Source: Camelus ferus (lineage: Eukaryota). Taken from it: a stretch of 64,000 nucleotides of DNA. Every line of letters begins with the position of its first letter. Position 1 is the first letter of the stretch. Under the pieces are notes generated by a model. That model saw only the letters and a program-made list of their open reading frames with translations. It searched no databases and had not been told where the DNA came from. Shown here piece by piece: positions 26,490 through 39,405 of the stretch. Made by a program: the position numbers and the translations under genes. Location of the stretch: assembly GCF_009834535.1 (NCBI RefSeq), contig NC_045696.1:101000001-101064000 (forward strand), given 5' to 3'.

Positions 26490-27290
26490 TAGAAGTTCTT
26501 ACAGTTACGGCGATTAGTCTTTCGTCTGTGATACATTATAAATGTATCATTTTCTTTTTTTCGGTTTGCTCATGATATTTTCTTTTCATTTATATTTAAT
26601 TTTTGTATGTACAGGTGTTGATGCTTATGTGATTGAGTTAGATAATCTTTCTTCAAAGGCTTTAGAATTTTGACTCATAGTTAGAAAACTCTTCCCTATT
26701 CAAACTTTATGAAGATATTAATCTATTTGTTTACCTAATTTTTTGTTACATAATGCATCACATGCACATTTTCACCTATTTAAAATTTATCTTGGTATAA
26801 GTTATAACATATATATATATATATATATTTAAATTTATTTGTATTTTTTAGATGTTGATCCAGAGCTTCATCATCATTTTATAAATAGTCTATTTTGCCT
26901 ACTTGTTTGAGATACTGTCTTTAACATTTTATAACTTACATTTGTATTTAGTCCTATTTCTAGATCTTTTATTTTATTTGTTTGGCTTACATGTCTATTC
27001 AAGTGCTAGGAGGATACTGATTAATTACTAAGTTTCATAATTATTTAGTACTTAGTGATTATAATCTCCATTCATGTCTCTTCTTTTTCTAAGTTCTCCT
27101 TGCTATTCTTGATTGTTGATTTTCCATAAATTGTTTTAAATACAATTATCTAGTTATACAAAATTAATATTTTATTAAAATTCTCTCAATTTTACAAAAT
27201 TTCAGAGAAAGCTGACAGCTTCATAATAGAGATTTTCTTATGTAAGTACAAGGTAGATCTTTTTGTTTGTTCAAAACTTCTTTGAAAACC
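26490..27290 (-). mobile_element. L1ME-like, right half
   Basis: Continues the antisense L1: agaagttctt...tctgtgatac...cctatttctagatc...ttgctattctt...tttccataaatt. Confidence 0.8.
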
Positions 27291-28150
27291 AAGTGTTTTG
27301 GAAAATAAAAATTAAAGTCTATTTAGTCTTCTAGTTTGAAACTTTGGAAAGGAATCAGACAACACAGTAACCTCATGTCAGTAATAAAATAAATAATAAT
27401 CATCAATTCATGAATTTGAAAATATCAAAATAGTTATATTCTCATAATTCTAGCTTTCTAATGTGACTTTGGAGCTATTTATGAGGTCTTTAATAAATAT
27501 ATAAGGATGTGTGTATATGAGTAAAAGAGAGAGAAAATTACTTTCAAGTTCACCTGGACCACCGGTTTGTTTTCATTCTTCTCACATAGAAAACACATAT
27601 TAACTACCGAAGTGTACTTGGCACTTCCTCTAGGTTGTGTAAATGACTATCTTGTACTTTTCAAGATCATCTTGTTTTTAAAATATTCTGTCTTAGCACT
27701 GAACACGTTTTCAGACGTGTAATTAGATATTCTTTACAGAAATATAGTTACTGTATTTTTAAATCCTGCAGGAAAACTGAAACTGGTTCTAACACTGTAG
27801 ACAATAACTAATGAGGGTCTTTAAGTATTTTATTTAAGAGAAAAGATCAATGTGCTCAAATTACAAATCCAGTATTATCAGCACAAGGAATTCTTCACTT
27901 TCTTTTACTGATATTTTCAGCTTTGCTTTATCAGCCCACTCCCTCAGCAATGTTTGAGGGGTTTCCTATTGCATATTGTCATTATGTTTTCTCAGAAAAA
28001 AGAAAAGGAACCCTAGGGTTTGTTCCACTTTAGAGTATTGTTCTAAGAAAATAAATTGGTGATAATTTTATACTGATGCCCAATGTTTGTATATAAAATT
28101 AACTGAATGCTTACATTAAAATGCTAGGAGAATGCAAATTGGAATGATTG

Positions 28151-28277
28151 TTTGGGTTTTTTTCAGGGGGGTGTAATTAGGTTTATTTAATTATTTTTAG
28201 TGGAAGTACTGGGGATTGAACCCAGGACCTCATGCATGTCAGGCAGGCACTCTACCACTGAGCTATACCCTCCCCCC
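28151..28277 (-). mobile_element. Vic-1-type camelid tRNA-derived SINE, full length
   Basis: Minus strand GGGAGGGTATAGCTCAGTGGTAGAGTGC...GAGGTCCTGGGTTCAATCCCCAGTAC...AAATAAACCTAATTACACCCCCC-A tail; A and B boxes present; TSD aatgattg at 28143-28150 and 28280-28287. Confidence 0.9.
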
Positions 28278-29100
28278 ATAATGATTGACACTTGGCTCTA
28301 GTCTTTCAGTCCAACATTCTCAAGGGAAGATAAATAGGTTAAAGTTTCTCTTTCATCATGGAGAGAGATTCTGTTAGAAGGTAAATCCCTCCTGATCCTT
28401 TAGGACTTTCTCAGTTCGAAGTTTATTTACTTGTCTGCAATATATCATTCCTTGTTTTGCATTTTTTTTTTCTGTTTTGTGACAATAAAAAAAAAAGACT
28501 AGAAAATATTGTCATTGAAATTCTCAGTAGTGTAATTTTAATTTTACATGATTCAATTTTTGGATCCCACTTATTGTGCTTTAATGGTATTTTAGTTTAC
28601 TGGATTAGTTAAATCTTGTCTCTCCTTTCCCTCAAGACTCAAGCAAAATATCACTTGAAACATAGTACAGAGCACTGCTCTGTAAGTTGCTGTTTCTGAT
28701 GGAATAATCATGGGGGGCAAAAAACCTTTCTGTATACAGAAGCATATGGAAGGAAGGGGGATGCTGTACAACAACTGAGGGCTAATTATTGGGAGAAGAT
28801 GATGCCAGGGAGCTTTGTGGGGACACAGTTCAACCAAATCAAGGTCCAGTACCAGCAATTATCACATCATTCATCATCAACCACTTCTATCCTGAGTAGG
28901 ACCTTGAAGACATCCTCTCCCAGGCCTACCAGTGAGTAAAAAGTGGAGGATGAGATAGCAAACCTCATCTTTGCCTTCCCGCTTTGATGCCATGCTCACA
29001 TTCACCATGTACATCCCTTCCATAATCTCTTCATTGTGCTTCTGCCACTTATCACACCCTCCTTCTTATTTTTCTTTTTTTCTTTTTTTAAAGTTCCTGG

Positions 29101-29211
29101 TTAACTGGACTAAGTGAATGGGTTAGGGAGTTTTATTTTTTTTCTAAATCTCAATATTAATTGGACTAAGTGAATGGGTTAGGGAGTTTTATTTTTTTTC
29201 TAAATCTCAAT
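29101..29211. repeat. 56-bp tandem duplication (2 copies)
   Basis: ttaa(c/t)tggactaagtgaatgggttagggagttttattttttttctaaatctcaat at 29101 and 29157. Confidence 0.97.
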
Positions 29212-29479
29212 CTTCTTTCTTCTTTTCACAGTGACTTCCTATAGTCATATATTTGCTTCTACTTGACGGAAAAGCCACAGAGGCAGAACATGTTAGTTGT
29301 TTTCTACAGTCTACCCTTCCATTGTTGTTACTGAACCCACACCATATCCCACCTCTCAGACTATTCCATCAACCCTGCCCTTTCTCAAGCTTTCCTTTTT
29401 TTCTTTCCACAATAAAAATTAAAGCAACCACAGGGCAATCACTAATTTGAAACCAAAGGAAAGACAAGGAGAAAGGACC

Positions 29480-31240
29480 TTGAGAACTTGCCTGCCTGGG
29501 GAAGACACTTGATACCGCACAAATTGACAAAAATAATGTAGCTAAGATTTTTAACAAATTGCTAACAACCACATGTGGGCTAGTTTAAGGATCTGAAACA
29601 CTTAGGAGTTACAAATATAAGGGAATCCACAGCCCCTTACAGATTCTTTTCCAAAGACCTCACTAACTATTCATGAGAAGGGCTGGGGAAGGAAAATACT
29701 AGAAAACTTCCCGGGAGTGCAGGCTTGGGGCAGGGGGACAGCAGCCACTATGGAAAAGGCACAAAATCCTCATTTGGATCTTTCTTCCCTATCACCTGTT
29801 CTAGACAAAAGGCTTACGTCTTCGGACAAGAACAGAAAAATCTATCACCCTCAGGGCACAAGTGAGAATCAATTGCTCATAGGGGAAGAAAAGAGGAAAA
29901 AATAACTTTTTCTTATGTGACTTTCAGGAAAATGTCCTGAGACTATCATAGACTATTATGGGGTTTACAACTTTTCTAAAAGGGTCTCTCTCATGGGACC
30001 CAGCAGCACAGCACCTACCTAAGAACAAGAGATGACACCCCTTCCCAGCCCTCTGCCCCACACAAACTGGTTAGCAAGTCTTGGGTAACAGCAGTGTATG
30101 CCCGGTGGCAGGCAAGAATGTAGAGCAAGAACCTTTCTGAGCTGCAGGCACGAAGATAAGACCTGTGACTGAGGGTGAAACAGACACTGAGGAAAAACTC
30201 TCCAGCAAACTAGCTCACATGCTAACCCCACAGGAATTTCAGATATGTAGTACAGTGAAATTAAACACAGGAAAGAACAAAGCCCAAAGCCAGAGCCACT
30301 CCTAACAAAACTGAGTCAGTCCTTCACATTAAAACCAAGCAAAAGAAAAGACGTGTCCATTTTTAAGTATAAATAATAAATACCTCAGTCTCTATTATGC
30401 AACATATTTAGGTTTTAACTAAAAATTATGAGATGCAAAAAATAAATCACTGTCAAGAGGTAATAAAATGAGTTTCAGATATAATTCAGAGATTGTAAAT
30501 ATCAGATAGGGAATTTAAAATAATTATAATTAATATCTTAAAGGTACAAGTGGAAAATATCAACATCATGCAGAAATAGATGGTGAATTTTAGCAGAGAG
30601 ATGGAAACTAAGAATCAAATTAAAATGTTAGACATGAAAAACATGCTAACAGAAGAATTCCATAATGGTCACATAAATAGACTTGATAAAACCAAAGAAA
30701 GAATCAGTAGCCTTAAGGATAAATCAATAGAAATTACCCAAACTAAAAAAGACACAGGCAAAAAATTAAAACAAAAATAAAAACAGTCCATCCAGGGTCT
30801 ATGGGAAAATATCAAACAATCTAATAAATAGATAGTTGGAATGCAAGAAGAAGAGAAAGTATGACAGAGAAAAAAATTTTTAAAGAAATAGTGGTTGATG
30901 ATTTTCTAAAGATAATGTAAGACAATGCATCAAAGATCCAAGAAGCTTAGAGAACTTTAAACAGAATAGGTGCAAAATGCAAAAACCACACACACCTACA
31001 CACACATATACACATACACACATACACCTGGACACATAATGTTGAAGCTGCTAAAGACCAAATACTAAAACATAACGTTTGAAGGCAACTAGAAAAATAG
31101 ACACAGAACATAAGGAGGACAAAGCTAAGAATCACAGATAGGAGACTTTTCAGCAGAAACTGCGCAGGTCAGAGACAATGGAGTGTAAACTACAAAAGGT
31201 GAATTCTACTGTATGTAAATTATACCTTCTTAAAAATGAA
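29480..31240 (+). mobile_element. Old L1 (L1M4/MD-like): 5'UTR and ORF1 remnant joined to a 3'-tail fragment
   Basis: ORF 30580-30780 (NFSREMET...INRLDKTKERISSLKDKSIEI) resembles the ORF1p coiled coil; tail ggtgaattctactgtatgtaaattatacc near 31200. Confidence 0.82.
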
Positions 31241-31759
31241 TACATTTAATCAGTATAATAATTTTGAATGTTCCAATCAAATTAATAGTAGTATTTTATC
31301 AATATTAATTAGAATAAAATAACTAGTTACTACAAAAAGCAAAATAAAAGCATAAAAACATATTGGAAAGAATAGCAGGAAGATTTATAAAATTCAAAGC
31401 ATTCGTACCTATACTAATGTAATGCATATTTTATTTTTCTTCTTTCCTTTCTTTTGAAAATTAAAAAGTGGTAATAATATTTAAAAATCAATGAAAATCA
31501 ATAGATTGCAATTATAAAACATGTTATTCAAGCACACTAATATATAGCTCATATGGACTTATGAAAAAATGCATTTCACTAAATCAGTAATTCTAGTCCT
31601 GAAATGCAATTATCATGCCAAATCTATTTTTCCCCCCACTATTACTTTCAACAAGGTGTTCTTATAATATCTTGAGATTGCATTCATATTTATACTTTCA
31701 AAGTAAGACTATTTTGAAATTGATAGCACCTTTTATGTTTTTAAAGATTTTCATAAAGC

Positions 31760-32150
31760 GACTTGTAGCTCAGCTTCAGATCTGTACAAAGCCAATTGGA
31801 ATTCTCTAGAAAATAATTCTGGCTAAGTTAAAGAGAAATGTATTGAAAGTAGGTCATTTAATTCACAAAACAAAAGGAAATATTGGAGAATTAGAATGGA
31901 AGTTTAAGATTAGAGCAGGAATTGCACCCATGGGTAGTGCAGGAAATAGATTAGTCAGGGTATCATTTCTTCCCTCACAATATCGTTGACCCTAAACACT
32001 AGGAAGCCTTGAGATTGCTGCCAACAGGCAGTGGGGCATTCGCTGCTGGATTTAATTACAGTGTTCTGGGTTTCTCTGTGTCTTTTCCTCAAAATGCAAA
32101 GTCTCAAATAAGAGCATCTGATTAGGTTACGTTTCTTCAACCTATTTCTT
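31760..32150 (-). mobile_element. Very old MaLR LTR (MLT1M/N-like)
   Basis: ttctggctaagttaaagagaaatgtattgaaag...agagcatctgattagg. Confidence 0.4.
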
Positions 32151-32169
32151 AAAGTCTTTCAGTTGATCT

Positions 32170-32740
32170 TTGGTCCAATCCACCAGACCCTAAGTAATCT
32201 CTTTTAAGTAAAATTTATTGTTAATTCTGAACTTCCTACTGAATGGAGCACAAAACGTTTTTGCATTGCATCCAAGCACCTCCATGACCTGGACACTTCC
32301 TGTATCTCTTTTACTGAATCCCCATTTATATATCATCTTACGCTTTTCTGAACTCCTTGCCATTCCTCCAGTATGCCTTGAGCTTTCATATCTCTGTATT
32401 TTTTACTCATGCCATGCTGTCTACATGAAATGTCATTCTTTGCTCAACCCCACCTACTGTTTGGATACCAATTAAAATGTCAACTCAAGATGCAGCTAGA
32501 ATTTTCTTCAATCCACTCCCAGCAAAATAAACCGCCTTTTCTTTTTTGCCATCTCTGTATCTTGTATATATTACTATTATTACACTCATCTCACACTTTT
32601 AATCATTTATTTACATATCACTCTTGGCTGGTCTTGGGTTCCATAGGACTAAGTTCTTTGTTTTAATTCAGATTTGCATTCTTTGTATGTAATAAATTAT
32701 TTGGCAAATAATAATGCTTGCAAAAAGAACTTGTTTTAAT
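32170..32740 (+). mobile_element. L2 3' region
   Basis: gaactccttgccattcctc...ttactcatgccatgctgtctacatgaaatgtcattc...atttgcattctt. Confidence 0.7.
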
Positions 32741-33509
32741 TTAAAAGTAGAGTAGTAGAGAAAAACATATATAATAGATAATTTTAGGTCTGACTGGAAA
32801 ATGTTTTCACTATTATAGAGGTACAGATAAAATTTTATGGGATTTCAGAGGCAGAAGAGATTACTTTTGGCTTGAGGGAGAAATCTTCAAACAGATGTTC
32901 AAACTAGTAAACACAGTATCAACTGAGTGCCAAGATATTTTGAAAGAAAATGTATAAAAAAACACAAAGTTATAGTTGTCTCTGATGGATTTAGCTAAAT
33001 AAAACATACCTAGAGGGCAGAATAAAATCATTCACTATAACTTCACAAAGCTGAAAAACAGAAATTCTTAGAGTCAAAGCTAAATGAATATTGATTTAGA
33101 ATCAAAGAAGGGTGACCGTGAGAAAGCAATGAGGCAACTGGAAGGTAATGATGACAGATAAATGTTATTGGTCTTTACAATGACAAATGTTAAAATTTTA
33201 GAACTCCAAGTTCTGTAAGTATGCTGAAAATAAATCTTTGACATAATCTAATAGGTTATTAAATATAGAGGGAATGAATGTTTCCAGAGTAAGTTAATGG
33301 TTTGATAAAATTAAGGGAGCAAGTTGGGATCAAGAATAAATTCACTAAATTGGCTTTGTAAATTCTATCTCATTTTGTCCTAAAGACTGAAAAGTCTTCA
33401 GATCAAGTGGAATTGCACAGACGTTTAATTTTACTATTTATCTATTCTCACCTATAACCTTCCAAATGATATTACTTACACAATGAACTGGTTATTAAGC
33501 AAGCTACAT

Positions 33510-33930
33510 TTCTCCTTCTTGGGCTGGCATCCTGTCAGCTATTGACAGAATGGGGCATGAGAGAAGGGAGGAGTGTACTCTTGCGTGTTTAGTCGTTGCC
33601 CCTGTCAGCGTCTCTCCTGCAACAGGCAGAGACAATTACAGTATCCATGCTCTGAACCATCTTCACACACCTCCTCAAAGGCACCAGCAGAGCAACCCCC
33701 TGCTCAGTCCTCAGCAACCACTGTGCAAGCTTCCAGAGTTAAACAACCAAACTGCTTTCCTTTTCGTCCCACAGGTCAAGTATCAGTACTTGCTTTCTGC
33801 AGTTACTCCATGTGTTATTTATTTTTCTATTTTTGTCTCTTTAACCCTCTAAAATTTCTCTGACCAACTCCTTTCATTAAGTTCTCTCTGTTCAAGTAAC
33901 TGGTGTAGTCCTTGTTTTCCCAAACAGCTA
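33510..33930 (+). mobile_element. ERVL LTR (LTR33/LTR41 group)
   Basis: ttgctttctgcagttact...cattaagttctctctgttcaagtaactggtgtagtccttgttttcc. Confidence 0.65.
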
Positions 33931-35254
33931 AGATTTGTTTTCCTAACTGCTGAAGATAACTTGTGTCTTGACTTACTCAACAAATAATGAAATGATTTAG
34001 GATTTCATTACATAAAATGAGACATTGCCATTTAGTGATTGGTGGAACAACTTTGCCAAGAGATAAATTAATGGATCTTTAGGAGGTTGACATGAAATCT
34101 TTAGAGTCTTGATCTATGACTTTCCTTTAGTCTTTTTCATTAAAAATTTCCAATATCACATCATTATTGACCATTTTTAGTGTTATCACTAACAAATCAA
34201 TAAGTAAAATTCGCAGTGATTTCACAATTATCATCAATGTTAAGCAGAAGCTGAATGACCATTAGGCCAAGATATCTGAAAAGAAATTTATTTCTAGAGT
34301 GGCTAGTTGGTCTGGATCTTCCAGAAAGTGAAATCTCTGAATGTAATGAACAATTTAAGTCTGAAGTTGTTTCTTTCTTTTAGAGACCAAGTAGATAATG
34401 ATTTGTTCAATTTATAGTTAATATGTAGTTTCTATCTTAAAGGATTTTGGATAATGGTGTCAGATAACCTTGGGAAATGGTTGATTAAAAACCTTAATAT
34501 TATGACTATAGTCATGTAAAATATATACACATGGACAAACTCTTGTGAGTAATATATTAAAAGTAGTGTTACAGTGCTGTAATTATGTGTGATTTTTTGC
34601 CTCCCTGCATCCTAAACATGAACCTGAGCAGAAGTTCTCCATTAAATTTATTTAAAATATTACACCTTTTCCCTTTTCTGGGACTTTGGCCTAGAGAGGA
34701 GACATCAGACACCTGTCTACTTCCCAGCTTTCAACTAGAGTCTATTACCTACCATTTGTTAAGAGCCAAATTAGCTTATAATAAAAATATCAAAATTTGT
34801 AGATATTTTAGAAATATTATAACTATTGTAAACCTTTAAAAAAATTTCTTTCTTAATATCAACATACTGTAGTGGAACGTTTTTCATCTTTATCTAATCT
34901 TAGTCTTTGGATAAAGGTCTTGTTTGGGCCCTGTAACACCTGGATAGACATAGAAAGAAAGGGTGTGATGGATGGCAGGATTGAAAGAGAGAGTGTATTT
35001 TTTTTAATTGTTTGTTTAAAACAGCTCCTGTATTCTAGAGGTAGAGGGAGAGCTGGAACTTTTGTATCCCAGCCATCCCTGCTAGTACCCCCAGTCAGAG
35101 GGCAATGTATGAAGCAGCATCACTGATGTTGCACTTGTTCATCGCACACCACTTCTAGAATGAAAGTGGGGCAGAGACAGCAAACTTCCCAGTAAAATTC
35201 ACGCTCCCCAACCTTAGTCACAGAATTGTGGCTGGCAAGGGGCTGAGTCGTCTG

Positions 35255-35700
35255 CAACTACGTGTTCCAGCCTCCTTGGCAACTGGGTGTGGTCACATGA
35301 CTAGATCTTGCCAAGAGAATATAAGGTGAAGTGAGATATATATGTGTACTTATATATTTATGTTTACAGATATTATATATTCCTGTGTAATTAATTGATT
35401 CCTGCCCAAGGTGATTCAAAAGGGAAAGTACATTTTCCATCTTCTTCTTTCTGCTGGATGGACTGCTGCAAAGAAGCACAGCAAACTTGGAAGCATATAT
35501 TGAAGCTGTCAGAGCCACAGGATCGAAGGAACCTCAGAGTCAGAGACACTCATGGCTTGAAGAAGGGGAGCCTGCTAATCTGGAACATTTGTTTTGGGTT
35601 CTACGGAAGAAAAAATTAACTTTGGTTGTTTATGAGATGTTAGACTTTTTTAAACTTGGGTCAGTTTGTTAAGGTAGTTAAGAGTTTACCAATCATACTG
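35255..35700 (+). mobile_element. MLT1I/J-like LTR
   Basis: ccagcctccttggcaactgggtgtggtcacatgactag...aaattaactttggttgtttatgag...tttgttaaggtag. Confidence 0.75.
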
Positions 35701-35865
35701 AACTCCTATCCTTACTTTGCAGCAGTGCTTTTGGCAGATTTTATGTAACTCCATTTTTTAAAAAGATCATTATTTTACGTATCTTCAGGCACTTTAAAAT
35801 AGGGATTTTAGAGGAGTCATGAGAAGAACTTTGAGGCTTCTCTTACTTTGGACCTATGCCAAGTA

Positions 35866-36218
35866 CAAATCCAAAATCCTATAGTCATGTTTCTGAAATG
35901 CAAAAATCTCTGAAAATCAAGATTTTTTTTTGTTTTAATTTGTTACTATTTGTAACTCCTTCAGTGGAGAAACTTAACTTGACCTGAAATCAATTTGTAT
36001 TTAATCTGAATTGACATGAAGCTATAAACAATGCAAATATTCATAAATTTTGCAACAGTAAGTGAATGTGTCTCACTGTGGGATACATCTACAGACCATG
36101 CTGCCTTTGTTATGCAATAAGGGGTGTTTGTATCTTATTCTTTTCAATAATTCTGAAACATTCTGAATTTCAAAGCAATGCTAAACCTAGATATTTTAGA
36201 TGAGAGCGTGTGCCCCTT
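35866..36218 (+). mobile_element. MER46C-like Tigger DNA transposon
   Basis: ta|caaatccaaaatcc...aaaaatctctgaaaa...aatattcataaattttgcaacag...attctgaatttcaaagca. Confidence 0.7.
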
Positions 36219-36289
36219 TGCTTTAGAGTTGCTTCATAGCAACTTCAGAATGGCATATGCCCCAACACAAATATAGTGAATGTAGAAAT

Positions 36290-36393
36290 GAATACATGGA
36301 TGAATGAATGATAGATGATAAATAGAAAGATAGATGGATGGATGGATAGATAGAGAGATGGATAGATAGATAGACAGATAGATAGATAGATTG
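36290..36393. repeat. Compound (GAAT)/(GGAT)/(GATA)n microsatellite
   Basis: Read directly. Confidence 0.92.
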
Positions 36394-36394
36394 A

Positions 36395-36830
36395 TAATAT
36401 CCATGTTTTAATTCCCAGAATTTGTTAATGTTACCCTAGCTGAGGAAAAAAAGGATCTTTGCAGTTACAATTAAAGATTCTGAGATGAAGAAATCACCTT
36501 GGATTATTTAGGTGGGCCCTAAGTCCAATGACAAGTATGTTTGTTAAGAGACACACAGAGGAGAAGACAGACACAGAGAAGTAGATTTAAAAGAGGGAGA
36601 GATTGAAGTGATGTGACTACAAGTCAATGAATGCCAAAGAATGCCAAGAGCCACCAGAAGTTGGAAGAGTCAAGGAACGGATTCCCTCCTAGAGTTTTCA
36701 GAGAGATAATGGGCCTGATGACAAGATGAATTCAGACTTTTGGTCTATACAAGTGTGAGAGAATAAATTTCTCTTGTTTTGAGTCTCTAGATTATGGTGT
36801 TTTGCTATAGCAGCTGCAGAAACTAGTATA
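36395..36830 (+). mobile_element. MLT1D/C solo LTR
   Basis: ggtgggccctaagtccaatgacaagt...gccaccagaagttggaagagtcaaggaacggattc...gagagaataaatttctcttgtttt. Confidence 0.9.
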
Positions 36831-38264
36831 GGAGATACAGATGAAAGATAGATAGATAGTGACATTAAACATTATTTCACAAGCTGGAATAGCCAAAGGT
36901 CCATAACTTTCTCTTCTGTCCCCCATATTTGCTTAATAGCACTTGGCATAAGCAAAAACTTCTATCTTCTGAAATAATTTCTGAAGGTAAGAGGCTTGCT
37001 TTGTTTCCATTTGAAGATTTATGACAAGTTCACTTGGGAGGCAGCTTTCCAGTTTTTCTTAGAAATTTCTGCAATTTTTCAAGGTTTCTAGCTTTACTAG
37101 TGAAGTGATGATTGCTTGAAAGCTATTTTTTAACCTGGCAAAGCTTGGGTAATATTTCCAATTGACCATCTCCAGCTCTGTCACCCAGTAATTAGGGAGC
37201 AATTTTAATGTTGACTGGAACTTTAGGACAAGTGTTTCAGTGTTACCATCTTTAAAACAAGGAACCTGAGGCTTTCTTTAGATATTTTCCAGATGCATGA
37301 ATTCCTCATAATCCCATATAAAATAACTTCTGTTTATTTTAAACTTGATTTGGAGTCCAAGTTTACATGCTTGTCTATAATTTGGTATTATAAATTAAAT
37401 ATTACTCCCTAAATAAAAGTAGGCTTATTGCATTAAAGTGAGTCTTTATTTTCTGTTTGGTTCCCATAGATGTTTGTAAAAATAATCTCTTACAGCTGTC
37501 ATTTTATGTTACATAAGGGGTAAAATTTGAAGATAAATAGTTGTTATGTAATAGAACCAGCACAATTTTTTGAGAAGAGAATGAATATATATGTGTGTGT
37601 ACATATATATTCCTAAACAAATATATCAGCTATATTTAATATATAGTAACTAATGGTAACATAAACTACACTTGAAAATATTATTCAAGTTCCCTTTTTA
37701 TCTGAACTTCTAACTCCCTCAATAGTTTTAATGAATTTAAATTTCTGTCTATTTTCAACATAAGCTTGAACGGTTCATTGAGTTTCTCTGACTAAACACG
37801 TGATTGCTTTCCAAGTCCATATACTTTATATATTACTACACCAAAAAGTCCAAACTATCTTGAGAGCTCAATTGAAAACAGCTGTGAAGTATGCTTAATT
37901 TTAACAAAAACAGTGTTCTTAATTACCCAGCTTCTGTGTTATTTATAACTGGTAGCTGATCCAATGAGTAGCAGTTAATTAAATTGGATGTTTATCCAGA
38001 AGAATATTCTAATACATTGTAGCTGAATGTTATTCAACCAAAGACTTTTAAGAAATCTTCAACTAGCATTAGTACCATCACAATTTAGACGTCTATTAAC
38101 CCTTTTGGAATTGTATATCTGTAGCAATAAAACAGACTAAAGGTCGGTCAAGAAAGTGTCTAATGGAAACATCAATTATACTATTTTGTGTATTTAGTAA
38201 TTGTATAATTGCCAAGGAAGTTAAACACAAATTGGGCCATAGCTAAAGTTTTAGGAGTTTTTTG

Positions 38265-38285
38265 GTTTGTTTGTTTGTTTGTTTT
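38265..38285. repeat. (GTTT)n microsatellite
   Basis: Read directly. Confidence 0.85.
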
Positions 38286-39084
38286 CTCTTTCAAGGTGTC
38301 AAAGCACATTTTGACACTAACCATAGAACTCTGAAGGGTATCTCTCTGGTTCACTCTGTGCTCCTTTGTCCTGTCCTGCCTTCACTAGAGTAAAAGGGAC
38401 AATGTCTTTACAACACAAAATAATGTTAAATGCATATTGCCAATACTTGTCTTATGCACCTTGGAAGCAATATACTGCTTTTGAATTACAGGAAAAACAA
38501 ACTCTAAAACTGTAAAAAGGTATAACTTCCTACACTAAATTATATTAGGCAAATGCAAAGTAGTCAATGGACTTGTGGGCAGATTGAACCAATGCAATTT
38601 TTCATCCAACTCTGACTAACATAAAAGAAAGATTTTTGGAGACAAATCTTACCCTCTTCTAGGATTGCAACTATTTTAATATGTGAATGCATTTAACTGA
38701 AGTTACCCGGAGACATTCGCTTATCAACTAATTCCTCAAATGAGTGTATTTTATACTATACACAATTGTCTATATAGATGTAAAACAGTCTTTTAGTGGT
38801 ATGATACATATTGATAAAAGTTATTTCTTAAGTACTTGTGACATAGAGCCAGTTTTCCAGCTATCCTGTCCTTGTGATGTTGATTTTAAAGTCTTTATAT
38901 CTTGTTCATCACTCTTATGAATTCATTACACTCCTTGGGAACTCTCTGCTGCAGCATAGCTAATATATCATGATAACAACCAGCATTCATTTTTGATGAT
39001 AAAAATCTGATTTCTGTCAGAACCTTTGGTTTAAAGAATATTTCTAATGGCATTTATAGATACATAAAGATAACATAAACTTTT

Positions 39085-39310
39085 CTAGTACGGGAGGGTT
39101 TAAATCAGACAGCCTGATTTTGAATCCCAGTTCTCCCACTTACAATGTGTATAACCATGGTAGTTTCTGGATATCTCTGTGACTCACATTCTTCAACTAC
39201 AAAGTAAGAATAAACTTTTTGATGTGTTTATAGATTAAAATAAATCATATTAAATTCCCATGCTACTTGGCACATAGTAGGGGCTCAATAAATGCTGGAT
39301 ATTATTATTA
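39085..39310 (+). mobile_element. MIR SINE
   Basis: aatcagacagcctgattttgaatcccagttctcccactta...tggcacatagtaggggctcaataaatgctggatattattatt. Confidence 0.85.
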
Positions 39311-39405
39311 GTGTAACATAGAGATATTTTTGCCCATCAAAGATCTAGGAAGAGATGGGAAAACAATATTGATCTCACAGAGCTTCTTGCCAACCAGTCA
39401 AGGAG

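Noticed and set aside
28205..28277. tRNA-like sequence with A and B boxes
   Set aside because: It has a SINE tail and a TSD, so it is a tRNA-derived SINE head rather than a tRNA gene.
29101..29211. Direct repeats as a CRISPR-like array
   Set aside because: Two adjacent copies with no spacer in mammalian DNA: a simple tandem duplication.
30580..30780. 66-aa coiled-coil-like ORF
   Set aside because: Decayed L1 ORF1p fragment.
35090..35106. CTCF-like ccagtcagagggcaa
   Set aside because: Several mismatches in the 5' half of the core motif; not supportable without ChIP data.
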